Origin: Methylorubrum extorquens
GTDB lineage: Bacteria; Pseudomonadota; Alphaproteobacteria; Rhizobiales; Beijerinckiaceae
DNA: 32,000 bases
Assembly (NCBI GenBank): GCA_900234795.1
Contig: LT962688.1
Span: 660,001 to 692,000 of the forward strand
Direction of reading: 5' to 3'
In this document: positions 9,238 through 17,748 of the stretch, piece after piece
How the letters are laid out: every line of letters begins with the position of its first letter
How positions within the stretch are numbered: position 1 is the stretch's first letter
Translations under genes and position numbers: made by a program
The notes under the pieces: generated by a model
The model's database searches: none
Told to the model about the DNA's origin: nothing
What the model saw: only the letters and a program-made list of their open reading frames with translations

Positions 9238-9705
9238 CGTCAGTTCGATCTTGCCCCCCTGTACCGTTCCACCGTCGGTTTCGACCGCCTGTTCTCGGCC
9301 CTCGACGGTTTCGTGAGCACCGAGGCCGCTCCGACCTACCCGCCCTACAACATCGAGCGCACCGGTGAGAACGTCTACCGCGTCACCGTCGCGGTCGCCG
9401 GCTTTACCGAGGCCGACCTGTCGATCGAGGTGAAGGAGAACGCCCTCACCATCAAGGGTGAGCGCAAGCCTGCCGAGGGCAAGTCCGCCGAGGTGCTCTA
9501 CCAGGGCATCGCCGCCCGCGCCTTCGAGCGCCGCTTCCAGCTCGCCGACCACGTTCAGGTGACCGGCGCCGTACTCGAGAACGGCCTCCTCCATGTCGAT
9601 CTCGTCCGTGAGGTCCCGGAGGCGAAGAAGCCGCGCCGCATCGAGATCGCCAGCCGGCCGTCGAGCCAGCCGGTGATCGAGGGCTCGGTCCAGCAGGCCG
9701 CCTAA
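9235..9705 (+). CDS. ibpA: Small heat-shock protein, IbpA/Hsp20 (alpha-crystallin) family
   Basis: MRQFDLAPLYRSTVGFDRLF...YPPYNIERTGENVYRVTVAVAGFTEADLSIEVKENALTIKGER...YQGIAARAFERRFQLADHVQV...NGLLHVDLVREVPEAKKPRRIEI is nearly colinear with E. coli IbpA as I remember it. ATG 9235 lies 6 nt after GGAGGA. Confidence 0.92.
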   Translation: MRQFDLAPLYRSTVGFDRLFSALDGFVSTEAAPTYPPYNIERTGENVYRVTVAVAGFTEADLSIEVKENALTIKGERKPAEGKSAEVLYQGIAARAFERRFQLADHVQVTGAVLENGLLHVDLVREVPEAKKPRRIEIASRPSSQPVIEGSVQQAA

Positions 9706-9738
9706 TCGCTCAGCCGCAAGGCTGACCCCGCAGGGGAG

Positions 9739-9767
9739 CGCCCCGGCCGTCGAGGCCGGGGCGTTTT
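9739..9767 (+). terminator. Rho-independent terminator of the sHSP gene
   Basis: Perfect 10-bp GC-rich stem CGCCCCGGCC (9739-9748) / GGCCGGGGCG (9754-9763), 5-nt loop GTCGA, then TTTT (9764-9767). It begins 33 nt after the TAA stop. Confidence 0.8.
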
Positions 9768-9779
9768 CACATGTCTGGG

Positions 9780-10077
9780 TCAGAAATCCCCGAACCGGTC
9801 GCCGGGACCGGGCTCGTAGCAGGTGTACCCGACGAAGCAGCCCGGATTGTCGCGGGTCGGCACGAAGGCACGCCGACCGATCTCGGTGGCCTCGCAGAAC
9901 GAGCGGTCGCGCACGAACCGGTCGAAGGTCGGCCCGCCGGTGCCGAGCACCGCCGCGCCCTGCCGCGTAACCACGGCGCGGGCTTGGGCGCAGGTGAGGT
10001 TCGTGGTGGAGGGGGCGCTGCGCCAGAGCAGGCCCGATGCCGGCGAGCAGGGCTACGCAAACCAGGGCGCATCGCAT
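9780..10077 (-). pseudogene. Small secreted 4-Cys protein with a 1-nt frame break between signal peptide and mature part (or a sequencing error)
   Basis: ATG 10077 encodes MRCALVCVALLAGIGPALA-Q (a clean Sec signal) in one frame. The protein-like mature part ...APSTTNLTCAQARAVVTRQGAAVLGTGGPTFDRFVRDRSFCEATEIGRRAFVPTRDNPGCFVGYTCYEPGPGDRFGDF-stop (9780) is in another frame. The signal frame continues as Arg-rich nonsense. Removing one base of the run at 10011-10015 joins them into 98 aa. Confidence 0.55.
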
Positions 10078-10122
10078 CGAAGAGGTCCGGCGAGAGGAAA
10101 TCCGATTCCTCAACCGTGCCCG

Positions 10123-10536
10123 TCACGGATGTATCCCGTCGAGCTCCGGCAGCAGCACCACGCTTTCCTGCTCGTTCGGATCGGTGCGGGCGATGAGCGC
10201 TGTGCACGGTTCGGTCGGGCTCGGATTGTAGGGCAGGTGCGGCATGCCGGCCGGAATGTAGAAGTACTCGCCGGGCCGCAGCTCGGTGTGGTGCTCCAGC
10301 CGCTCGCCCCACCACGTGCAGGAGGTGCCGGCGAGCGCGTAGATCGCGGTCTCGTGGCCCTCGTGCTTATGGGCCTTGGCCCGCGCTCCGGGCGGGATCG
10401 TCACCATTTGCAGGTGAAGGCCCGTCGCCCCCGCCGTTTCCGCCGAGATGCCGGGCGCGTAGGACAATCCCTGCTTGCCGATGAAGGCCTTGCCGGGCCG
10501 CACCACCCGGCAGAGCGCCGCGCCCGTGCCGGTCAT
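10123..10536 (-). CDS. Cupin-domain protein (137 aa)
   Basis: Both cupin motifs are present: PPGARAKAHKHEGHETAIYALAG (G-x5-HxH-x3-E-x6-G type) and GEYFYIPAGMPHLPYN (G-x5-PxG-x2-H-x3-N). The start ATG 10536 overlaps the upstream stop (ATGA). Confidence 0.8.
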   Translation of the reverse strand: MTGTGAALCRVVRPGKAFIGKQGLSYAPGISAETAGATGLHLQMVTIPPGARAKAHKHEGHETAIYALAGTSCTWWGERLEHHTELRPGEYFYIPAGMPHLPYNPSPTEPCTALIARTDPNEQESVVLLPELDGIHP

Positions 10537-10976
10537 GGCGCTACATGTCCCCGAACGCGAACTGCCCCTGGGGGGCGGCCGGCCGCTTTGCCGCGCGCGG
10601 CGCTTCCTTGCGAACCGAGGGCTTCGGACGCGGTTTGGGGTCGGCGCGCATCCGTGCCTTCGCCTTGTCGCGCGCCACCGCCTCGGGGGCGTGGGGGATC
10701 GTCGTCGAGCCACTTGCCGCGCTTGATCACCTCGTTGACCCGGCCCTGGTTCACCCCGACCTTGAAGGCGATCTCCTGCTGCGTCATGCCGGTGGAGGCG
10801 TGCAGTTCCAGGATCGCGCGGGCGAGATCGGGCGTCATCTTCTGGCCGGTGAGGCGCCGGGCCGGGCGGATGGTGCGGGTCTGGCGGTCACGCTCGCGCA
10901 GGCGCTCCAGCAGGGCGAGCGCCATGTGCATGCCGTGCTCGCGCAGAGCCTCCTCGAATTCCTTCAGCGTCGCCAT
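10533..10976 (-). CDS. Helix-turn-helix DNA-binding protein with a basic, low-complexity C-terminal tail
   Basis: Start ATG 10976 (MATLKEFEEAL) with GAGGAG 6 nt upstream. The putative HTH is MTQQEIAFKVGVNQGRVNEVIKRGKW. The tail is DDDPPRPRGGGARQGEG... It is translationally coupled (ATGA) to the cupin gene. Confidence 0.65.
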   Translation of the reverse strand: MATLKEFEEALREHGMHMALALLERLRERDRQTRTIRPARRLTGQKMTPDLARAILELHASTGMTQQEIAFKVGVNQGRVNEVIKRGKWLDDDPPRPRGGGARQGEGTDARRPQTASEALGSQGSAARGKAAGRPPGAVRVRGHVAP

Positions 10977-11001
10977 GGCCGGCTCCTCGTCCGGGAACGG
11001 A

Positions 11002-11020
11002 CGTTCTCTTCGAGAGAACG
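11002..11020. promoter_or_regulatory. Inverted repeat CGTTCTCT-TCG-AGAGAACG, candidate operator or 5'-UTR hairpin
   Basis: Perfect 8-bp arms with a 3-nt spacer, 26 nt upstream of the HTH gene start, in the 220-nt divergent region shared with the kdoO-like gene. Confidence 0.3.
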
Positions 11021-11196
11021 CTCCGCCCATGCCCCAGGTTGCGGATCAGCAGACGCGCGCATCAGCAGCGGGGCAAGCGGACGGACGCTCTCGTCCACCG
11101 CAAAACGTCAGGTCCGACCCGATGCCGCAGCGGGCCGGCATGTTGGCAGAGCGTGAGCCGGTCGGTTACACCGCGCACCATCCAATCGTGCGGGAA

Positions 11197-12075
11197 ATGC
11201 CAGCCATGATCAGCCCCGTCCTTCCCGTCTCCCGCGCCGAGGCGGTGCCGGGCGCGCCCGGCCTTGTCGAGGCGCTGGAAAGCGGCTCGGTCCTCGTCTT
11301 CCGCGATCTCGACTTCCCCTTCGACGCCTTCGAGCAGCGTTTCGTCGAGCGCCCCTTCGCCGACGGCAAGGCCAAGAACGTCGCGATCCGCAACGAAACC
11401 GCCGAACTGAGGGGCGGAGCCGGCAGCGCGGAGGAGCAGGCGCGCCTGCGCGACCTCCTGGTGCGCTACCGCCGGTTCGCGGAAAACCTGATCGACACCT
11501 ATCTCCCCGCCTACCGCGAAAAGGTCTCGCTCGCGGGCACCTCCTACCGGCCGTTCGACGTCGACAAGCGCAAGCTGAGCTGGCGGCGCGACGACACGCG
11601 CATGCATGTCGATGCCTTCCCCTCCAACCCGATCGGCGAGCGGCGCATCCTGCGCATCTTCCGCAACATCAACGCCGAGGGGCAGCCGCGGCTGTGGCGG
11701 GTCGGCGAGGATTTCGGCTCGATGGCCGAGAAATTCCTGCCGAAGCTCCCGGGCTATTCCGGCCTCTCGGCGAGCGTGCTGGCCGCGCTCAAGATCACCA
11801 AGGCCAAGCGCTCGGAATACGATCACCTGATGCTGCACCTCCACGACGCCCTGAAGCGCGACCTGGACTATCAGGCGAACGCGCCCCAGGCGGATGTGCG
11901 CTTCCAGCCCGGCGAGACCTGGGTGACCTTCTCCGACCTCGTGATGCACGGCGCCATGGGCGGGCGCTACATGCTGGAGCAGACCGCCTATATCGCGGTC
12001 GCCGACCAGGCCGACCCCGAGAAGAGCCCGCAGCGGATTTTGGCGAAAAAGCTCGGCCGACCGCTGAAGCATTGA
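11197..12075 (+). CDS. kdoO: Kdo hydroxylase family protein (Fe2+/2-oxoglutarate dioxygenase acting on the outer Kdo of LPS)
   Basis: Only the last ~293 codons of track ORF 9823..12075 look real. The blocks LESGSVLVFRDLDFPF, SWRRDDTRMHVDAFPSNP (HxD), RILRIFRNINAEGQPRLWRVGE, RSEYDHLMLHLHDALKRDLDYQ and FSDLVMHGAMGGRYMLEQT match KdoO as I remember it. The start is ATG 11197 or 11206. Confidence 0.72.
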   Translation: MPAMISPVLPVSRAEAVPGAPGLVEALESGSVLVFRDLDFPFDAFEQRFVERPFADGKAKNVAIRNETAELRGGAGSAEEQARLRDLLVRYRRFAENLIDTYLPAYREKVSLAGTSYRPFDVDKRKLSWRRDDTRMHVDAFPSNPIGERRILRIFRNINAEGQPRLWRVGEDFGSMAEKFLPKLPGYSGLSASVLAALKITKAKRSEYDHLMLHLHDALKRDLDYQANAPQADVRFQPGETWVTFSDLVMHGAMGGRYMLEQTAYIAVADQADPEKSPQRILAKKLGRPLKH

Positions 12076-12079
12076 GGGA

Positions 12080-13159
12080 TCACGCGGGCCCCTCGGACCC
12101 CTCCGTGAATTCGCGCCACAGCAGGATCAGCGCGGCCATCACCGCCGGGCCGACGAACAGTCCAAGCAGGCCGAAGGTCTCGACGCCGCCGAGGATGCCG
12201 AGCAGCACCCACAGGAAGGGCAGGCGAGTGGTGCCGCCGATCAGCGCCGGGCGCACGAAATGGTCGGCGACGAAGGTGACGACGAAGCCCGCCGCCACCA
12301 CGATCGCGGCGGGGGCGACCGCCCCGCCCGCCAGCAGCAGCACGGCGGCGATGCCAAAGGCGAGGGGCGCGCCGAAGGGGATCATCGCTGCCACCGCGGT
12401 GAGCGCCCCGAACAACACCGGGTGCGGCACGCCGGCAAAGGCGTAGACGATGCCGAGCAGGAAGCCCTCGCCGATCCCGACGAGAACGAGCCCGTCCACC
12501 GTGCCGTGGACGGAGGCCACCATCTGGCGCGCGACCCGCTCGCCGCGCGGCCCGAACAGGCGATGGCTCGCCCGCAGCGACTGGGCGATCACCGTATCGC
12601 CCTCGCGAAACAGGAAGAACAGCGCCAGCAGGCAGAACCCGAACAGCACCGCCCGGTGCACCAAACCCGCCCCGAGGCTGCGGGTGAGGTCGCGGTTCGA
12701 GGTCGTGTTGAGCCGCTCGCTCAACTCATGCGCCAGCCCCGCATGGGCGAGGTGGGCGTTCCACCACTCGGTGACGGCAGCAGCCCCATAGGGCAGGCGG
12801 GCGACGAAATCCGGCACCGGAATGCCGTTGCGCTCGGCCTCGCGGGCATAGGCCAGGAGGTCGTGCGCCTCGCGGCCCGCCTCGACCGCCAGCACGGCGA
12901 TGGGTAGCAGCAGAACCAGAGCCACGAGGCCGGTAAAGACGGCCGGCCACAGGATGTTGTGCCGCCCCGGCGGGAAGCGGCGGTGCGCGCGGACGAAGAG
13001 CGGCCAGAGGGCGATGGCGAGCACCACCGCCCACACCAGCGCCCTCAGGAAGCCGGACAGGATGTAGAGGCCCAGCGCCAGCAGCGCCGCGACGAGGAGG
13101 GCGCGCAGCACCCTCTGGCTGCGGGCGAGCTCAGGTTCCGTCCGATCCGTGCCGCCCAT
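12080..13159 (-). CDS. AI-2E (PerM/UPF0118) family transporter, canonical length (359 aa)
   Basis: ATG 13159 is preceded by GGAGTGAGG. Hydrophobic helices run throughout, with the family-typical C-terminal block FVRPALIGGTTRLPFLWVLLGILGGVETFGLLGLFVGP. Confidence 0.85.
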   Translation of the reverse strand: MGGTDRTEPELARSQRVLRALLVAALLALGLYILSGFLRALVWAVVLAIALWPLFVRAHRRFPPGRHNILWPAVFTGLVALVLLLPIAVLAVEAGREAHDLLAYAREAERNGIPVPDFVARLPYGAAAVTEWWNAHLAHAGLAHELSERLNTTSNRDLTRSLGAGLVHRAVLFGFCLLALFFLFREGDTVIAQSLRASHRLFGPRGERVARQMVASVHGTVDGLVLVGIGEGFLLGIVYAFAGVPHPVLFGALTAVAAMIPFGAPLAFGIAAVLLLAGGAVAPAAIVVAAGFVVTFVADHFVRPALIGGTTRLPFLWVLLGILGGVETFGLLGLFVGPAVMAALILLWREFTEGSEGPA

Positions 13160-13201
13160 CGCCGCCTCACTCCGTTCCGCCGCTGTGTCGGCGCGAGCGA
13201 C

Positions 13202-13498
13202 CTATGGCGGGCACAGCGGCAATCCAGAGGCGGCTTCAGGCCGCGGCACGGTCACGCCCTGGGCTTTGGCGCGATAGAGGGAGCGGGCGGCCCGCTCGAT
13301 GGCAGCGGAAAAGTCCGCCTCGCCCGGCTCGACCGCACTGACGCCGAGGCTGATGGTCCAGGCCGTGAGGTCGTCCACACGGGCGACCGGGTGGCGGATC
13401 TCCTCGGCGAGCCAGCGCGCCTCGGCCGGGCTTCGTCCGGGCACGAGCAGAACGAACTCTTCGCTGCCAAGCCGGACGAGGCAGGCGTCGGGGCCCAT
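13202..13498 (-). pseudogene. GGDEF-domain remnant (C-terminal half only, degenerate GSEEF site)
   Basis: The translation LVRLGSEEFVLLVPG...TISLGVSAV...AIERAARSLYRAKAQG corresponds to the second half of a diguanylate cyclase domain (RxGGEEF ... ADxALYxAKxxG). No first half (the GHxxGD region) is present in any frame upstream. Confidence 0.5.
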
Positions 13499-13709
13499 GT
13501 TCACGATGCCGGGCGGCTTCTTTTCTGCTCCCACCGAGACTGGTCTCTTCGTCTCGTCCGACGCGCATGCAAGCCGGCAAAAGGGCACGGCTCGAATTGG
13601 AACGAACTACGAACAAAGGCTTGACCTGTTTGCCGCCCGGACGCACTGTTCATGGAACGTTCCGGACTGATTCGCTGCCCCGGCGCAGCGCGCAAGGCAG
13701 GAGGCTTCC

Positions 13710-14198
13710 ATGATCGAGATCGGCTTCGACGACGACGGGCTCGACCGGCCGGCACCTGCGGCGAGGCAGCCGTCCCCGGACCGCGACTGGCGCATTCTCG
13801 AGGAAGGCCTCGAACACCCGGCAAGCGGCTATTTCATTGCCCGTGAGGAGATTGCCAGCCGCCGCGGCGACGGGCTGTGGACCTGGCCGATGCAGCTCGC
13901 GGAAAAGGCGTGGTGTGCGCCGCTGGGCTTCCGGCGGGTCTTCCTGGCCGCCCTCGATCGCTACGGTGTGGCGACCGACACGGATCTCGCCCGCTCCTTC
14001 GCCCTCGGCTTCGGCATCCAGGATGCGGGGCAGCGGCACAACGACCAGTTCGTGGCGCTCGGCGAATTGGTGCGCCCGCGCACGGCGGAGCGCAAGCGGA
14101 CGGCGCCGGCGGAGGGCCGCCGCACCGGTCGCGAGCGTCCGCGGCAGGGTGCGGACACCCGTGCGCCGGCGCTCGACCTCAGCCGCTCGGCCGGCTGA
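13710..14198 (+). CDS. Hypothetical protein (162 aa)
   Basis: ATG 13710 has a strong SD (GGAGG 13699-13703, 6-nt spacer). The N-terminal two thirds look protein-like ([48 protein letters not shown]) and the tail is basic. I recognise no family. Confidence 0.55.
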   Translation: MIEIGFDDDGLDRPAPAARQPSPDRDWRILEEGLEHPASGYFIAREEIASRRGDGLWTWPMQLAEKAWCAPLGFRRVFLAALDRYGVATDTDLARSFALGFGIQDAGQRHNDQFVALGELVRPRTAERKRTAPAEGRRTGRERPRQGADTRAPALDLSRSAG

Positions 14199-14403
14199 GA
14201 GCCAGGGCAGGAGACGGGCCGGCCGCAACGCCCGAGGTTGCCCGTGCTCCATCGCTTCGTGTAAGGGGTCGCGATCTTTTCATAAGCGCCATCGGGAACC
14301 GGCGGCGAAGCGGGGCCGCAGACCGGCTCGGGCGCCATGGGGGCGTGCCGCGCGAGGGGTTGGCGACGCCCGACATGAAGAATCAAGAAAGCGGCCAGCC
14401 CTA

Positions 14404-14700
14404 ATGTCGAACGAGACCGCCACCTTCGACCGCGTCGCGGATATCATTGCCGAGACGGCAGATATCCCGCGTGACAAGATCACGCCCGAGAGCCACGCCA
14501 TCGACGATCTCGGCATCGATTCGCTCGCCTTCCTCGACATCGCCTTCGCGGTCGACAAGGCCTTCGGCATCAAGCTGCCGCTGGAGCGCTGGACCCAGGA
14601 AGTCAACGAGGGCAAGGTTCCGGCCGAGCAGTACTTCGTGCTGAAGAACCTCTGCGCACGCATCGACGCTCTGGTCGCCGAGAAGGCCGCCAAGGCCTGA
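14404..14700 (+). CDS. acpXL: Specialised acyl carrier protein AcpXL (lipid A very-long-chain fatty acid)
   Basis: 98 aa. The phosphopantetheine site is [14 protein letters not shown]. The length is extended relative to housekeeping AcpP, and it heads a fabZ/fabF/fabF cluster exactly as in rhizobial acpXL loci. Confidence 0.85.
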   Translation: MSNETATFDRVADIIAETADIPRDKITPESHAIDDLGIDSLAFLDIAFAVDKAFGIKLPLERWTQEVNEGKVPAEQYFVLKNLCARIDALVAEKAAKA

Positions 14701-14728
14701 TCCGTCGGGCTTCAGGGATTCACGCACG

Positions 14729-15193
14729 ATGCGGCTCGAATATTTCGAGATGATCGACTCCGTGGTGCGGCTCGACCGCGCCGCCGGCCGCATCGAGGCG
14801 CGGGCGCTCGTGCCCGAGGCGAGCCCGGTCTTCGAGGGACATTTCCCCGGCCACCCGCTGGTGCCGGGCGTCCTGCTCACCGAGACCATGGCACAGGCCT
14901 CCGGCTACCTCGTGCTGGCCCATCTCGACTTCGCGCAGATGCCGTTCCTCATGGCCGTGGACAAGGCACGCTTCCGCTCCTTCGTCGGTCCGGGGGCCGC
15001 CCTCGAGATCACGGCGACCCTGGAGCACGACGGCTCGGGCTATGCGGTGACGAAGGCCGCCATCCGCCACGAGGGCAAGGCGTTGTGCGACGCGGAGCTG
15101 CGGTTCCGCACCATGCCGTTTCCTGCGGGTCTCGACGCGCCGATGCGCGAACGCGCCCGGAAGATCGGCCTTCTGGATGGAGCCCAGCCGTGA
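14729..15193 (+). CDS. fabZXL: FabZ-like 3-hydroxyacyl-ACP dehydratase (FabZXL)
   Basis: The hot-dog active-site block is FEGHFPGHPLVPGVLLTETMAQ. Length is 154 aa. Confidence 0.85.
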   Translation: MRLEYFEMIDSVVRLDRAAGRIEARALVPEASPVFEGHFPGHPLVPGVLLTETMAQASGYLVLAHLDFAQMPFLMAVDKARFRSFVGPGAALEITATLEHDGSGYAVTKAAIRHEGKALCDAELRFRTMPFPAGLDAPMRERARKIGLLDGAQP

Positions 15194-16335
15194 GCCGTCC
15201 GCAGGCCCGCGACGTCGTCGTCACCGGGATTGGCCTCGTCTCCTGCGCGGGCGAGGGAATCGAGACGCACCTGAACGCCTTCGCCTCGCATGCACCGCCG
15301 CGCACGGATGCGGAGACGTTCGCGCCCTATCCGGTGCACCCGGTGGCACCGGTGAGCCTCGACGCGCAGATCCCGAAGAAATCGGATCAGCGGCAGATGG
15401 AGGCGTGGCAGCGGCTCGGCGTCTACGCCGCCGGCCTCGCGCTCGATTCGGCCGGGGTGAAGGAGGATGCGGGCTTCAAGTCGGCGCTGCCGCTCGTGGT
15501 GGCGGCGGGCGGCGGCGAACGCGACTACGCGGTCGACGGCGCGATCCTCACCGGCCTGCGCGGCACCAACGATCCCGGCGCCTTCCTCAACGAGCGGCTC
15601 CTCAACGACCTGCGGCCGACCCTGTTCCTGGCCCAGCTCTCGAACCTGCTCGCGGGCAATATCAGCATCGTTCACGGCGTCACCGGCGCCTCGCGCACCT
15701 TCATGGGCGAGGAGTCGAGCGGCGTCGATGCCCTGCGCATCGGTCATGCCCGCATCGCCTCGGGCCAGGTCGACACCATGATGGTGGGCGGCTCCTACAA
15801 CGCCGAGCGGCCGGACGTGATGGTCGTCCACGAGATGGGCGGCTACCTTCTCAAGACCGCCTACCGGCCGGTCTTCGAGCGGGGGGCCGAGGGCACGAGC
15901 GGCTTCGTGCTCGGCAGCGCCGCCGCCTTCCTTGTGCTGGAAGCGGCCGAACATGCCGCCGCCCGTGGCGCCAGGGCTCTGGCCCGGCTCATGCCGGTTG
16001 CCAACGACCGGGTCGCCCGCGCGCCGGGCAGCGTATCCGCGAGCCTGACCCGCCTCATCGGCGAGGCCGGGATCGAGCGGCCGGACGTGGTGCTCTCGGG
16101 CGCCACCGGCCTCGCCGACCTTGCGGCGGAAGAGATCGCCGGACTCGACGCGGCGTTGCCGGGCGCGCGCATCCGCGCCACGGGCGATATGATCGGCCAT
16201 CCGATGGAGGTCGCGGCCCCGTTCGGGGCGGCCTTGGCCGCCGCACTCTGCGCGGCAGGATCGGCTGCGGAGGTCGCGGTCACCTCGGTCGGCCACCGCC
16301 GCGGCGAGGGCGTGATCCGCGTCGTGAGGATCTAG
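15190..16335 (+). CDS. fabF2XL: Beta-ketoacyl-ACP synthase-like protein lacking the catalytic Cys (FabF2XL)
   Basis: The GTG start at 15190 overlaps the fabZXL stop (GTGA). The KS N-terminus DVVVTGIGLVSCAGEG is present. Where FabF has ACxSG this protein has FMGEESSG, where FabF has the first AHGT His it has LSGATG, and the second His is retained (GDMIGHP). Confidence 0.8.
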   Translation: MSRPQARDVVVTGIGLVSCAGEGIETHLNAFASHAPPRTDAETFAPYPVHPVAPVSLDAQIPKKSDQRQMEAWQRLGVYAAGLALDSAGVKEDAGFKSALPLVVAAGGGERDYAVDGAILTGLRGTNDPGAFLNERLLNDLRPTLFLAQLSNLLAGNISIVHGVTGASRTFMGEESSGVDALRIGHARIASGQVDTMMVGGSYNAERPDVMVVHEMGGYLLKTAYRPVFERGAEGTSGFVLGSAAAFLVLEAAEHAAARGARALARLMPVANDRVARAPGSVSASLTRLIGEAGIERPDVVLSGATGLADLAAEEIAGLDAALPGARIRATGDMIGHPMEVAAPFGAALAAALCAAGSAAEVAVTSVGHRRGEGVIRVVRI

Positions 16336-16461
16336 CGCATCATCCCGAGGGCTGCCGGCTTTCGGGACGATGGCGATGCGAGAACGAGTGCCCGCCGCTT
16401 CGGAGACCGCCGCCGCGGCGGTCCGGATGCGTGCCGGCCGAAACCATGGTCTGAGGCCCCG

Positions 16462-17748
16462 ATGCCAGAACCGCGCTCCTCCTCCACCCACGATGCCCTG
16501 GGACGCCCGCTCGTCGCGGTGACGGGCCTCGGCATCGTCACCTCGCTCGGCCGCGGCGCCACCGAGAACTGGGACGCGCTGACGACCGGACGCTCCGGCA
16601 TCCGCGCCATCAGCCGCTTCCCCACCGAGGGCCTGCGCACCCGCATCGCCGGCACCGTCGATTTCCTCGACACCGACCCGCTTGTGGCCCCGCTCCTGTC
16701 CGAGCGCTTCGCCATGGTGGCAGCCGAGGAAGCGGTGACGCAATCCGGCATCGGTGCCGGCTTTCCGGGCGGGCTGTTCGTGGCGGTGCCGCCGGTCGAG
16801 ATGGAATGGCCGCAGCGGCAGGCTCTGGCGGAGGCCGCGGGCGAGCCCGACGCCGTGACCTATGCCGGCCTCCAGCGCGCCGCCGCGTCCCGCCGTTTTG
16901 ACGCGTGGCACGACCTGTTCATCTTCGGCACAGTGGCCGACCGGCTCGCCGACCGCTTCGGCACCCGCGGTTCGCCGATTTCGCTCTCGACCGCCTGCTC
17001 GTCGGGCGCCACCGCAATCCAGCTCGGCGTCGAGGCGATCCGCCGGGGCGAGATGGACGCCGCGCTCTGCATCGGCACCGACGGCTCGGTGAACCCGGAA
17101 TCGCTGATCCGCTTCTCGCTGCTCTCGGCGCTCTCGACGCAGAACGATCCGCCGGAGGGCGCCTCGAAGCCGTTCTCGAAGAACCGCGACGGCTTCGTCA
17201 TGGGCGAGGGCGCCGCCGCCCTGGTGTTGGAGAGTGCCGAATCGGCGCGAGCGCGCAGGGCAAAAATCCTCGGCTACGTGCTTGGCTGCGGCGAGAAGGG
17301 CGACGGCTTCCACCGGACCCGCTCCAGTCCCGACGGCGCGCCGGTCATCGCGGCGATGCGCGCGGCCCTCGACGACGCCGGCGTCACGCCCGAGGCCATC
17401 GATCACGTCAACGCCCACGGCACCTCGACGCCGGAGAACGACAAGATGGAGGCGCTCGGCTGTTCGGCGGTGTTCGGCGAGCGGGTGGCCCGCCTGCCGA
17501 TCTCCTCCAACAAGTCGATGATCGGCCACACGCTCACCGCGGCCGGCGCGATCGAGGCGGTGGTCTCGCTGCTGACGATCCAGAAGGGGCGCATCCCGCC
17601 GACCATCAACTACGCGGTGCCCGATCCGGCGCTCGTCCTCGACGTGGTCGGGACCGCCCGCGACACCCGCGTCTCGCGGATCCTCTCGAATTCCTTCGGC
17701 TTCGGCGGGCAGAACACCTGCCTCGTGCTGGGAGACGAGCCGGCATGA
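16462..17748 (+). CDS. fabF1XL: Beta-ketoacyl-ACP synthase II (FabF1XL)
   Basis: The full catalytic set is present: LSTACSSGATA (Cys), VNAHGTSTPENDK (His), NKSMIGHTLTAAG (His), NSFGFGGQN. Confidence 0.9.
   Translation: MPEPRSSSTHDALGRPLVAVTGLGIVTSLGRGATENWDALTTGRSGIRAISRFPTEGLRTRIAGTVDFLDTDPLVAPLLSERFAMVAAEEAVTQSGIGAGFPGGLFVAVPPVEMEWPQRQALAEAAGEPDAVTYAGLQRAAASRRFDAWHDLFIFGTVADRLADRFGTRGSPISLSTACSSGATAIQLGVEAIRRGEMDAALCIGTDGSVNPESLIRFSLLSALSTQNDPPEGASKPFSKNRDGFVMGEGAAALVLESAESARARRAKILGYVLGCGEKGDGFHRTRSSPDGAPVIAAMRAALDDAGVTPEAIDHVNAHGTSTPENDKMEALGCSAVFGERVARLPISSNKSMIGHTLTAAGAIEAVVSLLTIQKGRIPPTINYAVPDPALVLDVVGTARDTRVSRILSNSFGFGGQNTCLVLGDEPA

Noticed and set aside
9823-11196. N-terminal 458 codons of the 750-aa track ORF 9823..12075
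   Set aside because: This part overlaps three well-supported minus-strand genes and reads as Arg/Pro-rich nonsense. Only the part from 11197 matches the Kdo hydroxylase family.
15040-17529. 829-aa minus-strand ORF across the fabF genes, plus the + frame ORFs 15177..16454 and 16905..18518 upstream of 17745
   Set aside because: These are shadow or out-of-frame ORFs. The ketosynthase and SDR motifs are only in the frames I annotated.
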